Notes under the pieces: model-generated | Seen by the model: the letters and a program-made list of their open reading frames with translations, nothing else | Told to the model about the DNA's origin: nothing | The model's database searches: none | Program-made: the position numbers and the translations under genes | Assembly: GCA_964449435.1 (NCBI GenBank) | Contig: CAYUYR010000001.1 | Span: 134,796-198,795 of the forward strand | Source of the DNA: an uncultured Planctomycetaceae bacterium | GTDB taxonomy: Bacteria; Planctomycetota; Phycisphaerae; Sedimentisphaerales; UBA12454 | Direction of reading: 5' to 3' | Length of the DNA stretch: 64,000 nucleotides | In this document: piece by piece, positions 35,932 through 44,456 of the stretch | Layout: every line of letters begins with the position of its first letter | Position numbering within the stretch: the stretch's first letter is position 1

Positions 35932-38040
35932 ATGGGAAAGCCCGGTTTGACCTTTGTAATTGTTCTAATAGTTTCTACTGCTATAGGCAGCAGCTTATTT
36001 GCAGGTGGCGACCCTCTTGATTCCAACAGTGTAATATTCCAGACCTTTTACTGGGATGTACCGGCGGGAGGGACGTGGTACAATACCATCGCGGACAAAG
36101 CTCCCGGATTAAAATCTGCCGGCTTCACACATTTTTGGTTCCCGCCTCCGGCAAAGGGGGCAAGCGGCGGTTATTCAATGGGCTACGACCTGTTTGATAA
36201 TTATGACCTGGGAAACTATTACCAGAAGAGCACAACTGAAACTCGTTTTGGAAGTCTCTCAGAACTCCAGGCAGCAGCGGCGGCTTGCGGCAATGTTCTT
36301 TTGGACCTCGTAGCAAACCATATGATGGGCGCACCTACGCAGTGTGTAGATGCGGGGGATGGGAAATCATATTGGCAGAATTTTACTTACCCCCATGGCA
36401 CATTCGAGAAGGGCTGTGAACACTTTCATCCTGGCGAACCGGCGAACAGCGACGGCTATGAATACCTTATGGGCGAGGATGTAGCTCATATGACCACCTA
36501 TATGTTTGACGGCCAAAGTACATGGGCCAGCTGGACAAAGTCCACGATTGGAAATGTGTCGGGTTTCCGGCTGGATGCAGTCAAGCATTTTAGTTGGAAT
36601 ATGTCCAAGGAATTCGGCACTATCGGCAGTTGTATTGGAGAATACTGGGACAGCAAAACCAATATTCTGAATTGGATGAGTTATACGGGTAATTACGCTT
36701 TCGATTTTCCGCTTTATTATACGATGAGGGATTCTGGAGCCGGCGCTCTTGATGAAGCCGGTCTTTGCTCGCCGAAGGGTATAAGTTTTGTTAATAACCA
36801 TGACATGGAGAGAGAAACAAACCAAATCACTCAGAAATCCAGGGCTTACGGGTTTATTATGTATATTACCCCGACCCCTTCTGTATTTTGGTCGGACTGG
36901 TTTGACAGTCCATTATATCCTGATATCCGGCGTGCTTTGGAGGCGAGAAACGCTTATGATTTTAGCGGTACCACGACCATTTATAAGGCAACAAATCTCA
37001 TTATTTTTAATAATAACGGGCTGGTTTATGGCTGTTTCAACAGCGCCGGCACTGCGGGCAGCAGAACAATAACAGCAAGTCCAAATACAACGTACCGTGC
37101 AATAGCATGGGGACCTGGCGATCGGCCGGCCGACGTCATATCTGACGGAAGCGGCAGCGTAACGCTCACCGTCCCTGCTGTAGGATATTGTTACTGGTAT
37201 GGTGGCAACATAGGTACAAAGGCCGCCGTTCCGGATCCGGTTAATGGGGAAACTAACGTCAGCACTGCTATAGAATTAAGCTGGCTCGCCGGTGACGGTG
37301 CAGTATCTCACGATGTCTATTTCGGCACCGATGAAGCCGATGTGGCAGATGCCAATAGGTCTTCAGGCGAATTCAAAGGCAACCAGACAGATGCAACCTT
37401 TAATCCCGGTACTTTGGATTACACTATGACCTACTATTGGCGTATCGATGAAATAGACGCAGGGGATACCATTGCCGCAGGCGACGTCTGGAGCTTTACG
37501 GTGCGTCATTCCGATTGTCTGAGCGCGTATGACACTGTGCATGTCCCAGGTGATAGCACAGCAGTGTTCGGAAGCTCTTGGAATCCCGACGGTGCCGATA
37601 ACGAAATGACGCTCGTTGCCGACTATACCTGGCGATGGGAACGCAAAATCTCCAGCGCAACGAGTGTTGAATATAAGTTTGCAATGAATGGTTCCTGGGG
37701 TATAAACAGGGGTTTGGGAAGCACTTCCGGCACCAATTTGCCGCAAGACAACTGGAGCCTCGCACAGGACGGTGCTAATATCAACGCAAATCTTCCTGCG
37801 GCGACTTGTGTTTGGGAGTATTACGAAGACACCGAAACCAGTAAATTATATGTGAACGTTGATTTTAACATTGACGGCAATGTGGACTTCGCCGATTATG
37901 TTATCTTCGCTGGCCGCTGGTTCGATGAGGGTTGTGCCGGACCCGACTGGTGTGATGGCGCCGACCTCGATAAGAGCGGTTCTGTGAACTGGTATGATTT
38001 AGCTGAATTTGTCGAAGTTTGGCTGCTCAATACCAACTAG
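35932..38040 (+). CDS. Modular GH13 alpha-amylase (archaeal-type catalytic core + YYWRIDE module + starch-binding-like module + dockerin-like tail)
   Basis: 'FQTFYWD', 'DLVANHMMG', 'GFRLDAVKHF', 'GEYWD', 'FVNNHD', then 'HDVYFGTD...YYWRIDEI', 'HVPGD...EYKFAMNGSW', 'DGNVDFADYVIFAGRWF'. Start chosen at the ATG preceded by GAAAGGGAAAA. Confidence 0.9.
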   Translation: MGKPGLTFVIVLIVSTAIGSSLFAGGDPLDSNSVIFQTFYWDVPAGGTWYNTIADKAPGLKSAGFTHFWFPPPAKGASGGYSMGYDLFDNYDLGNYYQKSTTETRFGSLSELQAAAAACGNVLLDLVANHMMGAPTQCVDAGDGKSYWQNFTYPHGTFEKGCEHFHPGEPANSDGYEYLMGEDVAHMTTYMFDGQSTWASWTKSTIGNVSGFRLDAVKHFSWNMSKEFGTIGSCIGEYWDSKTNILNWMSYTGNYAFDFPLYYTMRDSGAGALDEAGLCSPKGISFVNNHDMERETNQITQKSRAYGFIMYITPTPSVFWSDWFDSPLYPDIRRALEARNAYDFSGTTTIYKATNLIIFNNNGLVYGCFNSAGTAGSRTITASPNTTYRAIAWGPGDRPADVISDGSGSVTLTVPAVGYCYWYGGNIGTKAAVPDPVNGETNVSTAIELSWLAGDGAVSHDVYFGTDEADVADANRSSGEFKGNQTDATFNPGTLDYTMTYYWRIDEIDAGDTIAAGDVWSFTVRHSDCLSAYDTVHVPGDSTAVFGSSWNPDGADNEMTLVADYTWRWERKISSATSVEYKFAMNGSWGINRGLGSTSGTNLPQDNWSLAQDGANINANLPAATCVWEYYEDTETSKLYVNVDFNIDGNVDFADYVIFAGRWFDEGCAGPDWCDGADLDKSGSVNWYDLAEFVEVWLLNTN
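37519..37887. repeat. Starch-binding-like module, DNA copy 1
   Basis: Near-identical to 38184..38554. Long identical runs include 'acggtgccgataacgaaatgacgctc' and 'aaaatctccagcgcaacgagtgttgaata'. Confidence 0.85.
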
Positions 38041-38107
38041 TAATGACACAAAAAAAGGGAAATTTCTAACGGCGTTGACCTATATAACAGGCGAAAGGGA
38101 AAAGATA

Positions 38108-40219
38108 ATGAGAAAGTTAACTTTAACTTTTACACTTTTAATTGCTGTTATTACAAGCAACAGCTTATTTGCTAACGAGTTTTTAAGCGCATACAAGACC
38201 GTTCACGTCCCGGGTGATGACTTTGACGTGTTCGGAAGCTACTGGGACACCGACGGTGCCGATAACGAAATGACGCTCATTGCCGACTATACCTGGCGAT
38301 GGGTACGCAAAATCTCCAGCGCAACGAGTGTTGAATACAAGTTTGCAATGAATGGTTCCTGGGATACAAATAGGGGTTTGGGAAGCACTTCCGGCACCGA
38401 TTTACCACAAGACAACAGGGACCTCGTACATGACGGTAATAATTTCAACGCAAATCTTCCTGCGGCAACTTGTGTTTGGGAGTATTACGAAAACACCGAA
38501 ACCAGTAAATTGTATGTACTGCCTGCCGACCTTAATACTGACGGCAATGTGGACAGCCGGTCTCCTGCTCCGGTGTTCGAGGACTCAGCCTCCCTGGCCG
38601 CCGCGGCCAAGAAACCGCGGGCGTCTTATTTCCCCTCGCCGGATGACTGGCGACGCCAGGTCATTTATCAGATTATCACCGACCGCTTTGACAACGGCGA
38701 CCCGTCTAATGATAATGCACATCCCCGGGGGCGGGTGGCCCCGGCAAACGGCGAAGCAATCCACGGCGGAGATTTTCGCGGGGTTGAAAAGCGGCTGGCT
38801 TATCTTGAATCTCTGGGAGTGACCGCCATCTGGATTTCGCCTATTTTCCTCAACTCACACGGACAGTATCATGGCTATTGCACGTTTGATTTTGACAGAA
38901 TCGACCCGCACTGGGGGACACTGAAGGATCTGCATTCGCTCATCGATGCTGCGCACGAGCGCGGCATTCGCGTCTTCTTCGACGTCATCTGCAACCACAT
39001 GGCCGATTTGATTGAGCCGAACAGTCCTGAACCGGCGGCATGGAAAGCGCCGCCGCAGACCTACACGCTGCGATGGCGTCAGCCGTCTTTGCGTTATCCG
39101 CCTCCATTCGACAATCTCGATTTGTTTCACGCCCACGGACCAATTGACTGGAATGTCTCACAGTCCGTCATTCTCGGTGAGCTCTATAATCTGGACGACC
39201 TCAATACGGAGCTGCCGCAGGTCCGTGAGTATCTAACGCAGGCGTTTAAAAATCTAATCACAGCGATGAATTGCGACGGCTTTCGAGTGGACACCACAAG
39301 GCACGTCGAGCCGGAATTCTGGCGATACTGGTGCCGGCAAGTCAAGGCCCACGCCGCGTCACTCGGCAAGAAAAATTTCCTGATTTTTGGAGAGTCGTGG
39401 GAATACGACAACACCAAGCTGAATCGCTATCTTGTCGATGAAAACGGCGAACGGATTTACGATTCTCTACTGGATTTTCCCGGCATGAAGGTGATGCTGA
39501 ACGTTTTCGCTAAAAATGCAGCGGGCACAACTGCGTTGAAAAGTGCCTACGAACGGGCCCTGCGGCAACTTGCGCCGCACGCACATGACCGAATGGTGCG
39601 CTTCATCGACAATCACGACGGTAAACGATTCCTGACCGTTGCCGCTGAAAGCCAGCCTGACGTCGAAAAGCGACACGGACGGCTGAAACTGGCGTTGACC
39701 TACATGCTCACCAGCGGCGGCGTGCCGATAATCTACTACGGCACCGAACAGGGATTCGAAGGCGGCTCGAAGGACTGGGACAGCAGCAGAGAGGATATGT
39801 TCGATGGCGAATTCGAGTTAGGCCCTTCCGAAGGCGACAACTTCAATTTGGAGACCGAACTTTTCCGTTTTACACAAAAGTTGCTGCGTACACGAGCCGG
39901 ACATAAAGCACTTCAGCTCGGAGATATGAAATGGCTGGCAACCAGCAGTGATGGGCCTGGTGTTCTGGCTTATCTGCGAAGCGAGGGCCATAATGGAGTC
40001 CTTATTGTCATGAACACAAACGAAGTGAAGAACGCCGAGTTCAGCTCGCCGGAGTTATTCGGCTCGACAGATGGGGCGTCGGACGATGCTGCTTTGCGTC
40101 CTGCCGAAGGATGGCTGACACAGTGGCCCGACCGCAGCAAGCCGCTGATACTCAGCCCTCAGGAAATCGCCGTATTTGAGGTTCAGTTGCGAGAGTCCTC
40201 CAAAGCACCCAACAGTTAA
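38108..40219 (+). CDS. GH13 alpha-amylase-family enzyme with an N-terminal starch-binding-like module
   Basis: Signal peptide 'MRKLTLTFTLLIAVITSNSLFA'. GH13 regions 'DVICNH', 'GFRVDTTRH', 'FGESWE', 'FIDNHD'. Also 'ITDRFDNGDPSND'. Confidence 0.9.
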   Translation: MRKLTLTFTLLIAVITSNSLFANEFLSAYKTVHVPGDDFDVFGSYWDTDGADNEMTLIADYTWRWVRKISSATSVEYKFAMNGSWDTNRGLGSTSGTDLPQDNRDLVHDGNNFNANLPAATCVWEYYENTETSKLYVLPADLNTDGNVDSRSPAPVFEDSASLAAAAKKPRASYFPSPDDWRRQVIYQIITDRFDNGDPSNDNAHPRGRVAPANGEAIHGGDFRGVEKRLAYLESLGVTAIWISPIFLNSHGQYHGYCTFDFDRIDPHWGTLKDLHSLIDAAHERGIRVFFDVICNHMADLIEPNSPEPAAWKAPPQTYTLRWRQPSLRYPPPFDNLDLFHAHGPIDWNVSQSVILGELYNLDDLNTELPQVREYLTQAFKNLITAMNCDGFRVDTTRHVEPEFWRYWCRQVKAHAASLGKKNFLIFGESWEYDNTKLNRYLVDENGERIYDSLLDFPGMKVMLNVFAKNAAGTTALKSAYERALRQLAPHAHDRMVRFIDNHDGKRFLTVAAESQPDVEKRHGRLKLALTYMLTSGGVPIIYYGTEQGFEGGSKDWDSSREDMFDGEFELGPSEGDNFNLETELFRFTQKLLRTRAGHKALQLGDMKWLATSSDGPGVLAYLRSEGHNGVLIVMNTNEVKNAEFSSPELFGSTDGASDDAALRPAEGWLTQWPDRSKPLILSPQEIAVFEVQLRESSKAPNS
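38184..38554. repeat. Starch-binding-like module, DNA copy 2
   Basis: See 37519..37887. Protein 'VHVPGDDFDVFGSYWDTDGADNEMTLIADYTWRW...' versus 'VHVPGDSTAVFGSSWNPDGADNEMTLVADYTWRW...'. Confidence 0.85.
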
Positions 40220-40264
40220 CAAAAACCCCGAAATCTACGGCTATAATTAACGATTAAGGCGTCA

Positions 40265-42229
40265 TTATTGCTTTGATGTCGGTTGCGATTCCGTTTCTTG
40301 TTGTTCTACTTGTTCCTCGGTTTCTTGTTGTTCTTCGGATTGAACAGCCGAATCCAGCTTTGACTTCAGTTCCGTCAGAAGTTTGTATATCATGGAATCT
40401 TTACCTTTTTGGCATGTTTGACAATCACCCCTTCTCTCTTCGAGCTCTTCAATTTGCACAAGTCCTCTTTCAACAAAAGTTTTGCCCGTGGATATATATT
40501 TTTTATCAAAATCTCTTAATTCGTAGCAGTATCGGCCGAGCTGCACATACGCGGATAAAAGCCATTCATCAATGGCGATGGCCTTCTTAAAGTAATCAAT
40601 CGCCTTGGCTTGAGCATTAATATCATTCTCAAGAGAGGCGACTAACTTGCCCATATTTATCTGGATGTCATAGATATCAAAGCCGATTCTGCTGCCGAGC
40701 TCTGCGAAAATAAGCACTGATTCTGCTTTATCCTGCCGTGCCTTTGATGTCTTTGTCTCTGTTTTTTTGCCCTGTTCCGTATATTCATTTAAGAAATATC
40801 GGCCGATTTGGTAATAATAATCGCTGAGCATATAGCGCAAAACATTGGGCTCTTCCTCGATATTGCTCAATGTACTATCCGGTATGTTCCATATACTTAT
40901 TTGGTCTGCTTTTATTTCATTCTGTGATTTGGGCCCCGGCACAACCTCATAGTACAATGGATGGGGCAGCAGCCATTCGTCTCCGCTTGTCTTATATGGC
41001 CAGGTCAAGTAAATCCCGCCGACTTTTTTAGAAGGGCCGGAACCTTCACTGCCCCTGGTTTGCTTAATTATTGTCTCCGACGGTTTATTTTCTCGAATTG
41101 ACAAGCCGATGGTCCTGTCTATGATTTTACGCCGGTTCTCGATAACATAAGACCCCGTTAGATTGCCGAGCATATTATCAAACAAATATCCGTCCGCGTC
41201 ATAAATTTGCACGTCGTTTCGATACCCTTCGAGCTGATGTAAAATTTGGAGGGCGTAAAGTTTTATATCGAACTCGCCGAAACCTGTATATAAAATGCTG
41301 TCGGTCTTTAACCCCGATAACAGCAGCTTCGGGTATTGAAGAAACAGTCCTTTTAATTCGCCGGCATGCTTCATATATCGAGCCATCAGGCAATTTTCTG
41401 TTTTCCAGGACGAGTTGGAATAGAGAACGGAAAGATTGAAAAAGCCCCTTTTCTTCCACATGCCTTCATACGGCTTCAATTTGAGATACTCGAATCGTGC
41501 GTTGAATATATCCCGAAGATTGCCGGTAAAAATATGAGTGGGCTTTAATTCTTCAAAAAAAGTGTCTGCAATTTTATATTGGCTCTCCTGCCATAACGGG
41601 CTTCCCTTTTTTACTAATGAACGCGCTGTCAAATAGTTTTCAATGGCCTTAAAGCACGTCTGATGCCATTTATCGTGTTCTCCCTGCAGGTAATAAATAC
41701 GGTTATTGTGCTTTAAATCATCCCCTGCCTTTATGTAATAGCCGGCTGATTTATCATACGATTTTTGTTTTACGCCCTTTTTGACGGCGTCTTGCAGCTC
41801 ATTGTATTTTTCCCTGTTTTTCGAGACCTGCTCAGCGGTATCCCGGCTTACAATAAAATCTCCCTTTCGCAGGAGATGCTTTTTGCCCTTTATTTTACCG
41901 GAAAAATCGACAGGTACGTCTCTCGGCAATGCTCTCAAAAACTTCAGGTTATGAACCTCTATAATATTCAATTTCTCATCCACGGCGAAACAGCTTTTCG
42001 ACTTTTTCAGCTCAACTAATGAATCGCTAAACGCCGAATTTAGTATGGCCGGTCTGTAATAAGAGGTAAAACTGACGCCGCTGCCGTCGATTCCGTCAAT
42101 GACAGCGAGTGTTTTTCGGCTGTACTCGAGGCGTTCGGTCTGCGACACTATGCCTGCATATACGGAATTAACGCTAAAGATAAATATAGCAAAAATAAAT
42201 GCTTTCCGGAACCGTCTTCTGCGTGTCAT
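40265..42229 (-). CDS. Hypothetical secreted protein (TPR-like C-terminal part, acidic Glu/Gln tail)
   Basis: 654 aa. Signal-like N-terminus 'FIFAIFIFSVNSVYA'. Tail 'EEQQETEEQVEQQETESQ'. Visibly AT-rich. No family recognised. Confidence 0.5.
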   Translation of the reverse strand: MTRRRRFRKAFIFAIFIFSVNSVYAGIVSQTERLEYSRKTLAVIDGIDGSGVSFTSYYRPAILNSAFSDSLVELKKSKSCFAVDEKLNIIEVHNLKFLRALPRDVPVDFSGKIKGKKHLLRKGDFIVSRDTAEQVSKNREKYNELQDAVKKGVKQKSYDKSAGYYIKAGDDLKHNNRIYYLQGEHDKWHQTCFKAIENYLTARSLVKKGSPLWQESQYKIADTFFEELKPTHIFTGNLRDIFNARFEYLKLKPYEGMWKKRGFFNLSVLYSNSSWKTENCLMARYMKHAGELKGLFLQYPKLLLSGLKTDSILYTGFGEFDIKLYALQILHQLEGYRNDVQIYDADGYLFDNMLGNLTGSYVIENRRKIIDRTIGLSIRENKPSETIIKQTRGSEGSGPSKKVGGIYLTWPYKTSGDEWLLPHPLYYEVVPGPKSQNEIKADQISIWNIPDSTLSNIEEEPNVLRYMLSDYYYQIGRYFLNEYTEQGKKTETKTSKARQDKAESVLIFAELGSRIGFDIYDIQINMGKLVASLENDINAQAKAIDYFKKAIAIDEWLLSAYVQLGRYCYELRDFDKKYISTGKTFVERGLVQIEELEERRGDCQTCQKGKDSMIYKLLTELKSKLDSAVQSEEQQETEEQVEQQETESQPTSKQ

Positions 42230-42381
42230 TTGCTTACTCCTTATTACCCTATTCGGCTATTTTAGCGGTTTTGCAATAAGTTGTATATTAAGTAGTTTCA
42301 AGCGAAAGGGCAACGGATTATTTTCTCCGCTGCCCTTTACTTTCAGTTGCTTGAACTGGTCTGCAAAATGTTACTTCAGCG

Positions 42382-43737
42382 CTACGGTCTGCCGCCTCCG
42401 CCGTCTGGTGGTCCGCCGCCGGGTCCGCCGTCATCGCCGCCGCCGCCGTCGCCGCTGCCTTCCGCCCAGTAGGCATATCCCCTGGCAGGTGCGGTCAAAG
42501 TCACATTGCCGTCCGCGTCGGATGTAACATCAGCCGGCTGATCGCCAGGACCCCATGCTACCGCCGTATACGTTGTGCTTGCCTTTAGTGTTACCGTACC
42601 GCCGCCCGCTCTCCGATCGCTGTTGAAACAGCCATAAACCGGCGCATTATTCTTGAAAATAATGAAGCTGGTCGCCTTGTAGATGGTAGATGTGCCGCTA
42701 AAGTCATACTGCTTTCTTGCATCCAGAGCACGCTGGATACTTGGCTGTAAAGTAGAGTTAAACCAGTCCGGCCAGAACACACAAGGGGTCGGCTCAATAT
42801 ACATAATAAACCCGTAAGCCATGTCTTTGGCGCCAATCCCGTCCGAGTCGTGGTTGGCGACGAAACTTACACCCTTGCTTGAGCAAAGGCCGGCTCCATC
42901 AAGAGCGCCGGCTCCGGAATCCTTCATCGTATAATAAAGCGGGAAGTCAAAGGCGTAATTGCCCGTGTGGCTCATCCAGTTCAGGATGTTCTCTTTGCTG
43001 TCCCAGTACTCGCCTACACACATACCGAGGGTGCCGAATGTCTTGGACATATCCCAACTAAAATGCTTGACAGCATCCAGCCGGAAACCCGCCACATTGC
43101 CAATCGTGGACTTCATCCAGCTGGCCCAGTTCTTCTGGCCGTCGTACATATAGCTGGTCATATGAGCTACGTCCTCGCCCATAATGTATTCATAGCCGTC
43201 GCTGTCCGCCGGCTCGCCAGGATGAAAGTGTTCACAGCCCTTCTCGAATGTGCCATGCGGGTAGTAAAAATTCTGCCAATATGATTTTCCATCCCCTGCA
43301 TCTACACACTGCTCGGGTGCGCCCATCATATGGTTTGGCACGAGGTCCGGAAGAACGTTGCCGCAAGCTTGGGCGGCTGCCTGAAGCTCTGAGAGACTTC
43401 CAAAGGCAGTTTCAATTGTGCCTTTCTGGTCGTATTCGCCTAAATCATAGTTATCGAACACGTCATAGCCCATTCCGCTATTGCCGCTGCTGCCCTTGCA
43501 AGGTACCGGGAACCAGAAATGCGTAAAGCCCGCTGTTTTCAATCCTGAAGCCCTGTCCGCGATATAATTGTACCAGTTGCCCTTGCCTGACTCGTTAAAG
43601 CAGTCCCAGTAAAAGGCCTGGAACATTATTATGCTGCTTTCTGCGGCAAACAGGATGCTGTTTGTACCAGCAATCAACAGGAGCAGCATAAGGACCAAAT
43701 TTGTCTTTTTTATCTTTCTCATTTTTTTTCCTTTCAT
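42382..43737 (-). CDS. GH13 alpha-amylase, archaeal-type core, copy A
   Basis: 'FQAFYWD', 'GMGYDVFDNYDLGEYDQKGTIETAFGS', 'DLVPNHMMG', 'GFRLDAVKHF', 'GEYWD', 'FDFPLYY', 'FVANHD'. Gly/Asp-rich tail. Start may be the ATG at 43722. Confidence 0.9.
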   Translation of the reverse strand: MKGKKMRKIKKTNLVLMLLLLIAGTNSILFAAESSIIMFQAFYWDCFNESGKGNWYNYIADRASGLKTAGFTHFWFPVPCKGSSGNSGMGYDVFDNYDLGEYDQKGTIETAFGSLSELQAAAQACGNVLPDLVPNHMMGAPEQCVDAGDGKSYWQNFYYPHGTFEKGCEHFHPGEPADSDGYEYIMGEDVAHMTSYMYDGQKNWASWMKSTIGNVAGFRLDAVKHFSWDMSKTFGTLGMCVGEYWDSKENILNWMSHTGNYAFDFPLYYTMKDSGAGALDGAGLCSSKGVSFVANHDSDGIGAKDMAYGFIMYIEPTPCVFWPDWFNSTLQPSIQRALDARKQYDFSGTSTIYKATSFIIFKNNAPVYGCFNSDRRAGGGTVTLKASTTYTAVAWGPGDQPADVTSDADGNVTLTAPARGYAYWAEGSGDGGGGDDGGPGGGPPDGGGGRP

Positions 43738-44135
43738 ACTTCAATCCCCCATGCTTTGCTCTGCTGAGCTACACACTCGGCGGCAAAACACCTGCTGTTT
43801 TTTCTTTCCCGTATCGGCCCGGGCTCATCAGAACCGGGCTGCTGAAACAACGGAAAAGAATCTGAACACGCCGAACCCTGCTCTTGCACATAATTAACCT
43901 CCTTTCCGGATTGGCGGTGCCTTTCAAGAGATTCATAAACCCTTTTACATAACGATATATCACAACAACAGTCCTTTTCGTGATTCGTATGAGTGCTTCC
44001 TGCGTGGTCTATCAACGTCTGTCTGTGGTTGAAAATGTGCCTCTGCTGCCGCTCTTTGCTATCCGTCATCCATAACCATGCATACTTGACACAAAAAACA
44101 CACTCTAAATCCTGAGAAATACTCTCATTATACGA

Positions 44136-44163
44136 ATTATACCAAACCTGTTTTTCGTGTCAA
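44136..44163 (-). promoter_or_regulatory. Consensus sigma-70 promoter for amylase copy A
   Basis: Minus strand reads TTGACA - 16 nt - TATAAT. About 390-405 nt upstream of the start codon. Confidence 0.55.
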
Positions 44164-44380
44164 GTAAAAAAATCCTTTTTTTCTTCGTGAGCGTTCACGC
44201 GAAAACACGCTTTTTAGGCCAGGAACGCTTTTTTCCCGGTGAACGCTAAATGCTCAATGAGTTTTGGAATGGAGATTTGATTTGTTCGAGGTGTTTGACG
44301 ATGAGAGCTTGCAGTATGGCGTGTTTTGAATATTTGGTTCTGCCGGCGGAATAATTTTTATCTCGCAGTGCTTTTCAATA

Positions 44381-44423
44381 TAAAAAGAATGGAGGGCAGC
44401 CTCTAATTTAAAGGTTGCCCTCC
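44381..44423 (-). terminator. Rho-independent terminator after amylase copy B
   Basis: GGAGGGCA/TGCCCTCC 8-bp stem, followed on the minus strand by ATTCTTTTTA. Confidence 0.65.
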
Positions 44424-44456
44424 ACTTAAAATCGTCTGCAAAATGTTACTTCAGCG

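Larger units (their letters stand above)
42359..44247. repeat. Tandem duplication unit A (amylase gene + ~500-bp upstream region)
   Basis: Matches 44434..46323 at a ~2.07-kb period. Five overlapping six-frame ORF translations are letter-identical between the copies. Confidence 0.9.

Noticed and set aside
42385-42475. GCC/GCCGCC-rich short repeats that could suggest a microsatellite or array. The second copy is at 44460-44530.
   Set aside because: They are the coding sequence of the Gly/Asp/Pro-rich amylase tails. No spacer-repeat organisation is present. I found no CRISPR array anywhere in the window.
43795-43840. Hammerhead-ribozyme-like core (minus strand CUGAUGAG ... GAAA) in both amylase leaders. 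The second copy is at about 45875-45915.
   Set aside because: The helix II closing pair would be G-G. The GAAA is not preceded by the required C. The downstream AAAACA/UGUUUU hairpin is not contiguous with A15.1, and I could not build helix I or a UH cleavage site. It is better treated as a conserved leader segment of unknown function.
43734-44069. 111-aa minus-strand ORF in the leader of amylase copy A, ending in an ATGA overlap with the amylase ORF start.
   Set aside because: The homologous leader of copy B has a 1-nt indel that ends the frame after 36 codons. Substitutions between the copies are mostly non-synonymous. It looks non-coding.
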